A stretch of DNA of 64,000 bases from the human T2T-CHM13v2.0 reference genome, Homo sapiens. Below the pieces are notes generated by a model, which saw only the letters and a program-made list of their open reading frames with translations, had not been told where the DNA came from and made no database searches. Numbering within the stretch: position 1 is the stretch's first letter; each line of letters opens with the position of its first letter. The stretch lies in the NCBI RefSeq assembly GCF_009914755.1, contig NC_060925.1. One strand, 5' to 3'. Positions 1 through 13,414 of the stretch are shown here, piece after piece. The position numbers and the translations under genes were made by a program.

Positions 1-1264
1 TGTTAGCTCCATTTAGAGGCTCAGGGCTGTGGAACACAAACAAACCTCCCCTGCCTCTCTGGAGCCAGCACCGGCTCTGGAGTCCCGGGAGAGGCAAGAG
101 TCAGATCAGTTCTGAGGGCTGCCTGCCGGGGCTCCTTACCCAGCAATGCCCACCCTCACTCCCTCCCACAGCCTGTCTCTCCTGGCTTGGGCAGAGAACT
201 GGGAGCTGCAGCCACACTCAGCTAGGCTCTCAGTCCATCTGGGTCCCCCCTCCCCACTGAGGGTAGACAGTAGAGGGTCTCTGCTTCTCTTCCTATTGGG
301 GGTCTCTTGAAAAGAGCACAGGACACAGGGGCCTAAAGGACAGTGTGGTCCTCAATGCACCTTAAGTCATTCCATCATCACTACAGCTTATATCAAAGTA
401 GGTCTTATTGGCCCCATTTTACTGATAAAGAAATTGAGGCTTGCAGATTGCAAAGCAATGTTTTCTAAACATATTTGGCCAGACAACCCACCCACTTTTT
501 TTTTGCATGGAGTAAACCCAAAGCACCCACTTCAAAGCATGCCAATCATGGCGACCTATTTCTCACCCACAGCTGATCCAACACATGCTTCCCGGGAGCC
601 CAGTGTGTGCCCTCCTTTAGCTCAGGGGTTCTGAACCGGGACTTCAAAGGCCTGGGACCTTCCAGCATTCGCATGTGAAACATTATCTGAATGTGCATCT
701 TTTCAGCAAGGGTCCATAACTTCCAGTAGATCCTCAGAGGCTCCTAGGACCTGGCATAAGTGAAGAGCCCTTGCCTCGGCTTGAGTCCCTGTAGACAAGG
801 CCCAGTTTTGATCTGGGGTTTTGCAAAAGCAACCTGAATGGCAGAGATTCAGGGAAGAGCTCCATGAGAGTGGGAGAAATGGCCCGTGTTACAGCAGGGA
901 CGAGAGGACAGTAAACCGATGAGCTTGGCTGGAGCAGAACAGGTGTTTTGTTTGGGAACAGTGACAAATGAGGCTGGCGCATCAAGGGGACCTCGGAGAA
1001 TGGGCCAAGGCATTTAGATTTGATTGGAGAGACCACGGGGAGCCACTGGCCATTCTGGAGCCAGCAAGTGGCAGATCGGGAATCAGGTTTGCAGGAAAGG
1101 CCAGCAGGAGTGTAGAGGGGTAATGTGCTATGAGGACGGCGCTCCATGGGCAACTGGATCCAGGGAGATTCCTGCTGCTTTAGGGGTAAAAGCAGGGCTG
1201 GTGACTGTCAGGAGTATTGCAACGGAGGAGAGAGCAGTGATGCCATGGGGAGACAGCACGGCTG

Positions 1265-1480
1265 GGAGCAAGGTCCTTGGATCTGAAGGCTCGTGGTTTG
1301 AATCTCAGTTCAGCTGTTTCCTAGCTGTGCAGCTTTGGGCAAGTAACTTATCCTGTCCTCTGTGCCTGGGTTTCTTCCTTATAAAACAAGGATAACTGTG
1401 CCTGCTTGGTGGTTGTGAACATTCACTTAAATGAGAGAAAATGCACCTGAAGAAGCCCTTAGCAAGCAGCAAGGCACAAT
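1265..1480 (+). mobile_element. MIR SINE
   Basis: MIR core-like sequence: gaatctcagttcagc..tagctgtg..ttgggcaagtaactta..ctctgtgcct..gtttct. Confidence 0.7.
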
Positions 1481-1529
1481 CATCAGCACTTGACAACGGT
1501 GGGGTCTGTTATGACCCCTCAATCCATCC

Positions 1530-1760
1530 TGTAAACACTTACCAAATCCCTGCTAGGCACCAGGTGCCCTCCTGGACATCCTAGCATGTTTGCTGACTAT
1601 AACTCAATGAGATGGATGGCATCATGCCTACTTGACAGATAAGGAAACTGAGGCACAGAGAAGTTTTTTTCATAATCAGTAGTGACGTCTGTTAGGGTTG
1701 ATCCAGAAGCTCAAATGTTAAGAGGTCAGTGACAAAAGTGTGACCTCTCTCTGACCCAGG
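1530..1760 (-). mobile_element. MIR SINE fragment
   Basis: acagataaggaaactgaggcacagagaag. Confidence 0.6.
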
Positions 1761-1849
1761 GTGAGAGAAAATGTGCTCTTGATGTTCAAGGTCATACAAT
1801 TGATTGATTCTTGGGATTGTGGGTGAATGGGGTGCTGATCCAGGCACTG

Positions 1850-2303
<454 letters not shown>

Positions 2304-2339
2304 TGAGTAGCAAGGATTTCCAAAGAATGGATTTGGGGT

Positions 2340-2450
2340 CCACAGACTTGACCTTGGACAAGAGACTGAGCCTCAATTTCCTCATCTGTAGAATGGGTAC
2401 ATCTTATCAATCTTGCAGGGCTGCTGTGAAGATTAAAGGAGATGATGTCT
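2340..2450 (+). mobile_element. MIR fragment
   Basis: tgagcctcaatttcctcatctgtagaatggg...gctgtgaagattaaa. Confidence 0.7.
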
Positions 2451-2463
2451 GCAGCCTTAACTC

Positions 2464-2900
2464 TTATTAGTAAATACTGGACAGCATTTACTATTAGTAA
2501 ATATCAGTAAATAGTAATTAGTAAATTAGTAAATACTAACTAGTAAATAGTAATCAGTAAATAGTACATTAGTAATTAGTAAATAGTAATTAGTAAATAG
2601 TATTAGTAATTAGTAAATACTGGCCAGTATTTACTAATAGTAAATTAGCATTACTAATTACTAGTACTAATTTACTATTACTAAATAACAAGTTTATTAT
2701 TAGTAAATACTGGCCGGTATTTATTAGTTACTAATACTATTAGTGAATACTAATATTGGGGTATTGCAAAGGAGGAGAGAGAAGAATAATACTAAAACAA
2801 TTTAGTAATACTAATTTACTATTAGTAAATACTGGCCCGCATTTACTAATATCAGTAATTAGTAATGTATTATTATTCATATTTACTGTTACTATTACTA
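2464..2900. repeat. AT-rich TAGTAA(A/T)-based low-complexity array with four palindromic units
   Basis: Repeated TAGTAAAT/TTACTA units; four copies of ATTAGTAAATACTGGNCNGYATTTA at 2466, 2609, 2699 and 2821. Confidence 0.9.
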
Positions 2901-3444
2901 TTGGCTCTGAGCCCTCTGTGAAAGTCTGTCTCTGTATGCAGGGAGACAGAAGGTCATTCCCACATATTCAAACCTCAGGATGCTCCTTTAGTTCTGCAAC
3001 TCCTTCCACCCCAGGAGAAAAAAAATCAGGATGCATTCTGCCATCTCAAACAGCACCCACGAATCGTTTCACATTCAATTTCCCCATCAAATTCACAGGC
3101 ACGAAGCTCATGCTATTATTCCATTTCCTAATGATCTGTGTGGTGGCAATTGTAAGTAGGACATTTCTTCATGCCCTTGGCACTCCCAAATCTTTGAAAC
3201 TCCCTTTCTAGGCCAGACCCCCTTCCTGGCAGCTGTGGTATGCCTCTCCCCTTCCAAAATCCTGACACCACCTGCCCCTGGTTTCTGCTTATCCAGAACA
3301 TAAAGGAGCAACAGTACCGTGTCTCTCTGGGGAACAACACTGGTTCTCCCTTGTGTTCCACGGAGGTGAACTTTGGCAGCAGGCAGCAGGGCAAGCTGAA
3401 TAGAAGTAGGTTCCAAGGTGAAAGAGAAAACTGTGTGAGCACCC

Positions 3445-3565
3445 CCTGCATGCCATTTACAGGCTGCGAGACCTTGGGCGAGGAGGTCACCTTGCCTCCA
3501 GGAAGCCTCAGTGTCCTCATCTGTAAGATGGGGATGATAGCCACACAGGGTGGCAGAATCAAAGT
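3445..3565 (+). mobile_element. MIR fragment
   Basis: gctgcgagaccttgggcgag..aagcctcagtgtcctcatctgtaagatggggatgatag. Confidence 0.7.
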
Positions 3566-4148
3566 GTCTGGTCAAGTGCTCTGCCCCTAATAACCGTGAC
3601 AGCTATTTGTTGAGGTTGTGTGAATGGATGGTGTCATGAGATGCCCTGGAATGAGCTGCTATCTGGTCTCGGCAGGCGGCATTCCTCATGGACGGTCCAC
3701 TGCTGTACCGGTTTGGCCTCACCTTTGCAGCCTCAGAATACCAACTGAGTTAACATCATCAGAGTAACTACTCCTGCACCAGCATCTCCCTAGACAGAAC
3801 AAAACAGGGGCCTGGGGGAGGCAGAGGCGGAGAGCTATTCAGTACATTCACCACTATGTAATGCATGAGACTGACCTAACTGAATAAGGCGGGGTTTGGA
3901 GGACCCTTGCAATGCCAAGCATTGGCTTCTAGTTCATAAGTAGGGGGGAGGTCTGAAGGGGTCCTGGGGGAGTGCCAGCCAGGCTGCTGGGGTTGGGGCA
4001 GTGCCCATTTACCAACCGGAATGGAAACTTCTCAGCATTTTAACAACCAGTATGGATGGTGAGCCACACATCAGCTGGGGCTGCAGCACTGGGATGTGAG
4101 GTTTAACGAGCCAACAAACCCCAAGACACATCCAGGAGAGTTTATCTA

Positions 4149-4556
<408 letters not shown>

Positions 4557-4576
4557 CTAGTCACAGCTAGACTGGA

Positions 4577-4642
4577 CTCTCTCTGTCTCTCTCTGTCTCT
4601 CTTTCTGTCTCTCTCTGTCTCTCTCTCTGTCTCTCTCTCTCT
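4577..4642. repeat. (TC)n/(TCTG) microsatellite
   Basis: Direct reading. Confidence 0.9.
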
Positions 4643-4712
4643 CGGCCTCAGTCTCCCCATTGGTCAAAGCAGAATCCAGTTATCTCTGACCCTCCTGGAC
4701 TCAAAAGGTGAG

Positions 4713-4804
4713 ATGTGTGGGTGTGCGTGTGGGTGTGGATATGTACTTGTGCGTGTGTACATGTGCACATGGGTGCATGTGTGTGCATGTGTGTATATGT
4801 GTGT
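4713..4804. repeat. Degenerate (TG)n purine-pyrimidine tract
   Basis: Direct reading. Confidence 0.85.
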
Positions 4805-5257
4805 AAAAGGCCACACACCTCCCTCTCTGATGTCTCCACCCCTCAGAACCCACCTCTCCTCTCCCAGGTGCTCACACCCATGTCCTCTCAGCCTCTTACC
4901 CTCCACTCAAGGCCTTACCTGACACACCTACCTGGAGTCTGACCTCACCTTGGAAAACACAGCCCCTTAGAACAAGCTGACTGGCGAGGGGACTGGTACG
5001 ATGGAACACAAAGCTAATCAGACAGAGATGGGCCTGTTTATTTGCATGGCACGCATTTGTCTCTGACTGTTTTATCCACCCCCTGAGCCAACTGAAGAGT
5101 TCTCAATTTATCCTGCCCGCACGGAGAGACCAGATTGGCGGCAGGCACGCACATTCACAGAAGCCCGATATAGACTTCCAATTATCTTTTAATTTCGCTC
5201 CTGTCTTTATTTGTTCATTTCACTTTTTCCAAACAGGGACTTTAAAAAAAAAAGCTG

Positions 5258-6330
<1,073 letters not shown>

Positions 6331-6719
6331 GTCAGGTGGCTGTGTTCACCGAGAACTGGAATGCAGGGCAGACAGCAGGAAGCCTCATTTAATGAAGACA
6401 TCTTCTATGCTCAGCTGTTTCACAGGCATTACTTCTGCCCTCAGACAAGGGAAGGTCACAGGAAGTGCCAAACCAGGGCTCAAATCGGGGGCATGTGGCC
6501 CCACCCCTTGCCCTGCACCCAGCCCCAAGCTCCAGTCTAGAGGTCTCCAGGCTTTGTTGTTCTCACGTTCTCCTGTGCTATTTCCGCCATTCCCAACACG
6601 TCAAATACCATCTCCACACCCTCTCGTCCTAGCCTGGTGCAGGGACTCCTGTTCCGAACTCCCATGGAAGCCCTCCCGAACCAGCATCTGCACCCCCCAC
6701 CATCTCCCTGCCTGGTGTC

Positions 6720-6848
6720 TCCTAGACCACAGCCTCCATGGGCACAGGAGCCATGGCGGTCTCCTTAACCTATGTCATGACATCACAACACATGGCCTGG
6801 TAGGTGGTAAGCATCTTGTAAATATTTTTTGAATCAATCAATCAATCA
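6720..6848 (+). mobile_element. L2 3' end
   Basis: ctagaccacagcctcc..aaatattttttgaatcaatcaatc tail. Confidence 0.55.
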
Positions 6849-7347
6849 GTCTATGCCTCTTCCTCTCTTTATCAATACCCAATTCCAAACACTTCTTTCT
6901 GGAATCCTTTTTCCTGACCTCTATTCTGATAAACCACCTCATTCATCTCTCCTTTGCGATGCATGGCAGCTTGATCATATCTCAGGCTTATGCCCCGTCT
7001 TCTGGACCAGGGACAAAATAAGTTCCCCTGGGACTTGGACTGTCTTCTGCTCCCAGTGATCCTTGCACCTCCCCACACCCCAAGGCTGGTTCGGGCACAT
7101 CCAGTGCCCAGGAGCTTTTCAAATGGAAATGCTGATTGTTTGAATTGAAGGGTTTAAGCTGGAGCCACAGAGAGAGGGCTCTGGGACACGATGGAGCCTT
7201 TATCAGGTGGGAAGCAGCATTCAGAGGGGCTGAGACCCTTCTAACTTGGTGGCATCTGAGAGGACAATGTGAGGTCACATCTCACCAAGGGGGCATTTCA
7301 TATGTCTCCCCTTCTCCAAGGGTAAAGACATATGACATATGAACATA

Positions 7348-7580
7348 TGACAGCCACCAGTGGGACAGGCTGAGGACACCTACTTCCTAAGAGGTCACAC
7401 CTGCTGGATGAAGTCAGGTCTGTAAAACTCTGGACTCTGCAAACAAGGTTTTGGGTCCCCATTTACAAGCCAGTTGACATAATCTTGGAGGTCCAGTTAC
7501 CCCTGCTGTCAAATGGGGATAACAAACATGTCTCTCCCCAAAGGGGCTGTGAGCATGAGATGGGATGAGATGAGCTTCAT
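7348..7580 (+). repeat. 233-bp local direct duplication, copy 1
   Basis: About 95% identical by eye to 8926-9159. Confidence 0.95.
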
Positions 7581-8048
7581 ACCCCTACCAGTGGAATGGT
7601 AGCCTGGCCCCTCATCAGCCTCAACAAAGCATTTTTCACCCCTGGAAAAATCATTTTTATTGCCCCAAACACCTCATTCTCTAGTTTCTAGATGAAGACA
7701 ATGGGCTGTGCAGCAAGAAACATTATAAATCAGGATTTGTCACTCTCAGTCCATTGGCATTGTCTCTCTTAGCCTCAATGTCCTGATCTGTAAAATGGGG
7801 ACAATGATAATAACCACCTCTCCAGATTACTGGGAAAATTAAATAATTTTACTTATACAAAGCACCCAGGACTTCATTCCCATTCTGTTACTCACCTTGA
7901 GTATGTAACCAAGAGGAATTGATTATGTAACTTGAGAGGAACTGCTCACCCACCATCCAAGAATGAACAGGAATTTTCAGCAGACAAGTAGAAAAGCTAA
8001 CTTATTTTTAATTCCTAGACTCACTAAAAACTCCTGAGATGATTGTTA

Positions 8049-9159
<1,111 letters not shown>

Positions 9160-10049
9160 CCCGAGTGTCCACCCCAATCCACTCAGTGTAAAGACAATCC
9201 CTGCTGGCTATTGTCCCAAATGGTGCAGGGCCCCACATAGGCTTAGGGTCCACAGCTGAGCCAGCTACAGCCTCTGTCCTCAGGGACTTAGAATGCAGCA
9301 GACCAGATCTTGCACACAATGCACTTTACGATGCAGCAGCTGTGGCCAAGCCTAAAAGAGGAGCATCAGAGAACACGAGACCCAAAGGAAGAAAAGGTGA
9401 TCTTGGACGGATGAAGGCACCAGGGAAGAAGGCCCAGACACAGCCTTTCACCCAACTCTGATGGGCCAGAGGGATGTCCACCAGACTTCCCTGCCAAGAA
9501 GTCACCCTGAGCCCGGTTTGCTAGGCAGTGATCAGGAGATGCATCTGGAAGAGTAAACCGAAGCTGGTACACAGAGAGTTGTGAACGTCGGCATAGGGAG
9601 TCAGGATTGTCTCCTAGAGTCAAAGCCTTCAGAGCCAAATTCCTCCCATGCGTGTGCTTCCTGTGGCCCACAGTGTTTTTCAGTTTCACTTTTGAATCAG
9701 ATGCCAACATTTTAAAATTGAGAGTGATTATGTCACTACTGAGATTCTAAGCTTTTTGCGACAGTGGGAGGATGAGGCAATGCTGGGCCTGATACCATCG
9801 GCTGGGGTGGGGCGGACAGACGTCCTTACTTGTTCACTTTACCTACCCAACCTCCATATGCAGCAAGAGTTTGAGACCCCTGCACAGGACTTTGGGGACT
9901 CTTTGAGGACCTTGGTCAGGAGAAGGGTAGAATTAGTTCTGTGCTTTGGAAGGTCCTCTGATGACAATTGATACTAGCGATGATGGTGCCGATGATCAGA
10001 AAGAGGAAAAGGAGGAAGAAGCAGAGAATAGTTCATATTTACTAAGCTT

Positions 10050-10240
10050 TCATGATGGGGGCTCTGCCCCAGTGTTTATTCCTAGTAGCCCATTTAGTTC
10101 TCCCCACAAGCTGATGAGGTGCGTATGCTGTCATCCTCCTTTTTCAGACAAAGCACAGAGCGGTGAGGTCTCTTGCCTAAGGTCATATATTTGGTAAGTA
10201 GCAGAGCCAGGTAGTCTGGGTCCAGGACCCACAGCACTGG
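10050..10240 (-). mobile_element. MIR fragment
   Basis: tttcagacaaagcacagag..ttgcctaaggtcata..ggtaagtagcagagccagg. Confidence 0.55.
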
Positions 10241-10799
10241 TGATGGGGGAGGGGAAATGGTGAGGGGGGGTCTGGGAGACGTGAGTCTTCCCTCAATCTT
10301 TCACCGTAGGAGATTGTCTGGTTTTAAAAGAGAAGATGTGTCCACATCTAACCCCGATCTGAGCACTAATGCAATGTCTTTCTCCACTGTTCTCAGAAAG
10401 GCTGGTTTTTCTTAATAAACTTGTCAGGCAGGGAAGGAGGGCAGAGGCACTCAAGGGCCGGCTCAGGTGGCTTGGCTGCATGCCCTGGCTCCAGACTCCA
10501 CTGCCATGTTCCCGTTCCCTGCTTGGCCAGCATAAAGTTGACCCCACTGTGAGGACCAGCAGACCTCACAAGAATGACCCCATCCACGCCTACTGGGGCT
10601 CCACCTGCCCATGACTCACCACACCCAAGCCTCTGAGCCCAGTGGACTTGCAAAAGAGAAAATAAAGCACACACATAAAGAATAACCAACCCCATGCATT
10701 TCCTGGCATCGGGTGACTGTTTGGTTAAGAGCTTCCTCCTCCTTTGTATGCCCACTGGATACTCCTAACATCCCCTAGCTGCTGACCACAGAGCTGGCT

Positions 10800-11080
10800 T
10801 AGGTGGCTGATCACAAGCTCAGCCCCTGGGCGGGCCCCCCACCCCAGCCACCAGGGAAGCATGGAAGGAGGCCAGCCGCTGGGATCTGCCAGCTCTGGGC
10901 CCCAGCGGCCACCCTCTGCAGCTCAAAGTCACCTTTGCTCCTCCCCTCTCCTCGGCTGGCCAGCCAGAACCAGCCCAGAACTCCCTCCCCTCCGCTCAGC
11001 AGGACCCAGGAACTGGTCCCTACTGGGCAATTATTAATCAGATTCTTGACATTCCTCAGCCCCAGGTTGGCTGGAGAAGC
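10800..11080 (+). promoter_or_regulatory. Probable KLHDC7A proximal promoter/5'UTR (non-CpG-island)
   Basis: Immediately upstream of the ATG. Contains a DR1/HNF4-like TCACCTTTGCTCC (10929-10941) and an AT-rich HNF1-like GGCAATTATTAAT (11026-11038). Confidence 0.4.
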
Positions 11081-13414
11081 ATGTTCCCCAGAGGAGCAGA
11101 GGCCCAGGACTGGCATTTGGATATGCAGCTGACCGGCAAGGTGGTGCTGTCAGCCGCTGCCCTGCTCCTGGTGACTGTGGCCTACAGGCTGTACAAGTCG
11201 AGGCCTGCCCCAGCCCAGCGGTGGGGTGGGAATGGCCAGGCAGAAGCCAAGGAGGAAGCAGAGGGCTCAGGGCAGCCTGCTGTACAGGAGGCTTCTCCTG
11301 GGGTGCTCCTGAGGGGGCCAAGACGTCGGAGGAGCAGCAAGCGGGCTGAAGCACCACAGGGCTGCAGCTGTGAGAATCCAAGAGGCCCCTATGTCCTGGT
11401 CACGGGGGCCACTTCCACAGACAGGAAGCCCCAGAGAAAAGGCTCAGGTGAGGAGCGGGGCGGGCAGGGCTCGGACTCTGAGCAGGTGCCTCCTTGCTGC
11501 CGCAGCCAGGAAACCAGAACAGCTGTTGGCAGTAACCCTGACCCTCCCCATTTCCCCAGCTTGGGCAGCGAACCGAAGAGCTCCCCAGCTGGACTCATTG
11601 CAGCAGCCGACGGCAGCTGTGCCGGTGGTGAGCCTTCTCCATGGCAGGACAGTAAACCCCGTGAGCATCCAGGACTGGGGCAACTAGAACCTCCCCACTG
11701 TCACTACGTGGCTCCCTTGCAAGGCAGCAGTGACATGAACCAGAGCTGGGTCTTCACCCGTGTGATAGGGGTCAGCAGAGAAGAGGCTGGGGCTCTCGAG
11801 GCTGCCTCCGATGTTGACCTGACCCTGCATCAGCAGGAGGGCGCCCCCAACTCCTCCTATACCTTCTCATCCATAGCCCGCGTCCGAATGGAGGAGAATT
11901 TCATACAGAAGGCGGAGGGGGTTGAGCCCCGGCTCAAGGGCAAGGTGTACGACTACTATGTGGAATCTACCTCTCAGGCCATCTTCCAGGGCAGGCTGGC
12001 TCCCAGGACAGCAGCCCTGACTGAGGTTCCATCCCCTAGGCCACCGCCAGGGTCCCTGGGAACAGGGGCAGCCTCGGGAGGCCAAGCCGGTGACACAAAG
12101 GGTGCAGCCGAAAGAGCCGCCTCCCCGCAGCCAGGGCCGTGGCCCTCCACCCGAGGCTTCAGCCGGAAGGAGAGCCTTCTGCAGATAGCGGAGAACCCAG
12201 AGCTGCAGCTGCAGCCAGATGGCTTCCGGCTCCCCGCTCCACCCTGCCCAGACCCGGGCGCCCTGCCTGGCTTAGGCAGAAGCAGCCGGGAGCCCCATGT
12301 GCAGCCGGTGGCCGGGACCAATTTCTTCCATATCCCGCTCACCCCTGCTTCAGCCCCACAGGTCCGCCTGGATCTGGGCAATTGCTATGAGGTGCTGACC
12401 TTGGCCAAGAGGCAGAACCTGGAGGCCCTGAAAGAGGCGGCCTACAAGGTGATGAGCGAAAACTACCTGCAGGTGCTGCGCAGCCCGGACATCTACGGGT
12501 GCCTGAGCGGGGCAGAGCGCGAGCTGATCCTGCAGCGCCGGCTCCGGGGCCGCCAGTACCTGGTGGTGGCTGACGTGTGCCCCAAGGAAGACTCCGGCGG
12601 CCTCTGTTGCTATGACGATGAGCAGGATGTCTGGCGCCCGCTGGCTCGCATGCCCCCCGAGGCCGTGTCCCGGGGCTGTGCCATCTGCAGTCTCTTCAAT
12701 TATCTCTTCGTGGTGTCCGGCTGCCAGGGGCCCGGGCACCAGCCCTCCAGCCGCGTCTTCTGCTACAACCCGCTCACGGGGATCTGGAGCGAGGTGTGCC
12801 CGCTGAACCAGGCCCGGCCGCACTGCCGGCTGGTGGCCCTGGACGGGCACCTGTATGCCATCGGCGGAGAGTGTCTGAACTCGGTGGAGCGTTACGACCC
12901 CCGCCTGGACCGCTGGGACTTTGCCCCGCCGCTCCCCAGTGACACGTTCGCCCTGGCGCACACGGCCACGGTGCGTGCCAAGGAAATCTTCGTCACCGGC
13001 GGCTCGCTGCGCTTCCTGCTGTTCCGCTTCTCTGCGCAGGAGCAGCGCTGGTGGGCCGGCCCCACCGGGGGCAGCAAGGACCGCACGGCCGAGATGGTGG
13101 CGGTCAACGGCTTTCTCTACCGCTTTGACCTCAACCGCAGCCTGGGCATCGCCGTGTACCGCTGCAGCGCCAGCACCCGGCTCTGGTACGAGTGCGCCAC
13201 GTACCGGACGCCTTACCCGGATGCCTTCCAGTGCGCCGTGGTGGACAACCTCATCTACTGCGTGGGACGCCGGAGCACCCTCTGCTTCCTAGCAGACTCT
13301 GTCTCACCCAGGTTTGTGCCCAAGGAGCTGCGGAGTTTCCCGGCCCCGCAGGGCACCCTCCTGCCCACCGTCCTGACCTTGCCCACCCCCGATTTGCCTC
13401 AGACCAGGGTCTAG
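11081..13414 (+). CDS. KLHDC7A: Kelch domain-containing protein 7A, single coding exon, 777 aa
   Basis: Uninterrupted 777-codon ORF. It has a hydrophobic N-terminal segment (VVLSAAALLLVTVAYRLY) and kelch motifs in the C-terminal third (LFVVSG..VFCYNPLTGIW, LYAIGG..VERYDPRLDRW, IFVTGG). Sequence and length match recalled human KLHDC7A. Confidence 0.96.
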   Translation: MFPRGAEAQDWHLDMQLTGKVVLSAAALLLVTVAYRLYKSRPAPAQRWGGNGQAEAKEEAEGSGQPAVQEASPGVLLRGPRRRRSSKRAEAPQGCSCENPRGPYVLVTGATSTDRKPQRKGSGEERGGQGSDSEQVPPCCRSQETRTAVGSNPDPPHFPSLGSEPKSSPAGLIAAADGSCAGGEPSPWQDSKPREHPGLGQLEPPHCHYVAPLQGSSDMNQSWVFTRVIGVSREEAGALEAASDVDLTLHQQEGAPNSSYTFSSIARVRMEENFIQKAEGVEPRLKGKVYDYYVESTSQAIFQGRLAPRTAALTEVPSPRPPPGSLGTGAASGGQAGDTKGAAERAASPQPGPWPSTRGFSRKESLLQIAENPELQLQPDGFRLPAPPCPDPGALPGLGRSSREPHVQPVAGTNFFHIPLTPASAPQVRLDLGNCYEVLTLAKRQNLEALKEAAYKVMSENYLQVLRSPDIYGCLSGAERELILQRRLRGRQYLVVADVCPKEDSGGLCCYDDEQDVWRPLARMPPEAVSRGCAICSLFNYLFVVSGCQGPGHQPSSRVFCYNPLTGIWSEVCPLNQARPHCRLVALDGHLYAIGGECLNSVERYDPRLDRWDFAPPLPSDTFALAHTATVRAKEIFVTGGSLRFLLFRFSAQEQRWWAGPTGGSKDRTAEMVAVNGFLYRFDLNRSLGIAVYRCSASTRLWYECATYRTPYPDAFQCAVVDNLIYCVGRRSTLCFLADSVSPRFVPKELRSFPAPQGTLLPTVLTLPTPDLPQTRV
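12290..13350. promoter_or_regulatory. Intragenic CpG island over the BACK/kelch-coding half of KLHDC7A
   Basis: Visibly high GC and CpG density (e.g. gcgccggctccggggccgcc, ggcggctcgctgcgc) compared with flanking sequence. Confidence 0.75.

Noticed and set aside
2464-2900. CRISPR-like look (palindromic repeats with spacers)
   Set aside because: The spacers are built from the same low-complexity motif and vary in length. There are no cas genes, and the context is primate DNA.
2756-3211. 151-aa ORF with hydrophobic stretches
   Set aside because: Starts at TTG within the AT-rich repeat; the hydrophobicity is a compositional artefact.
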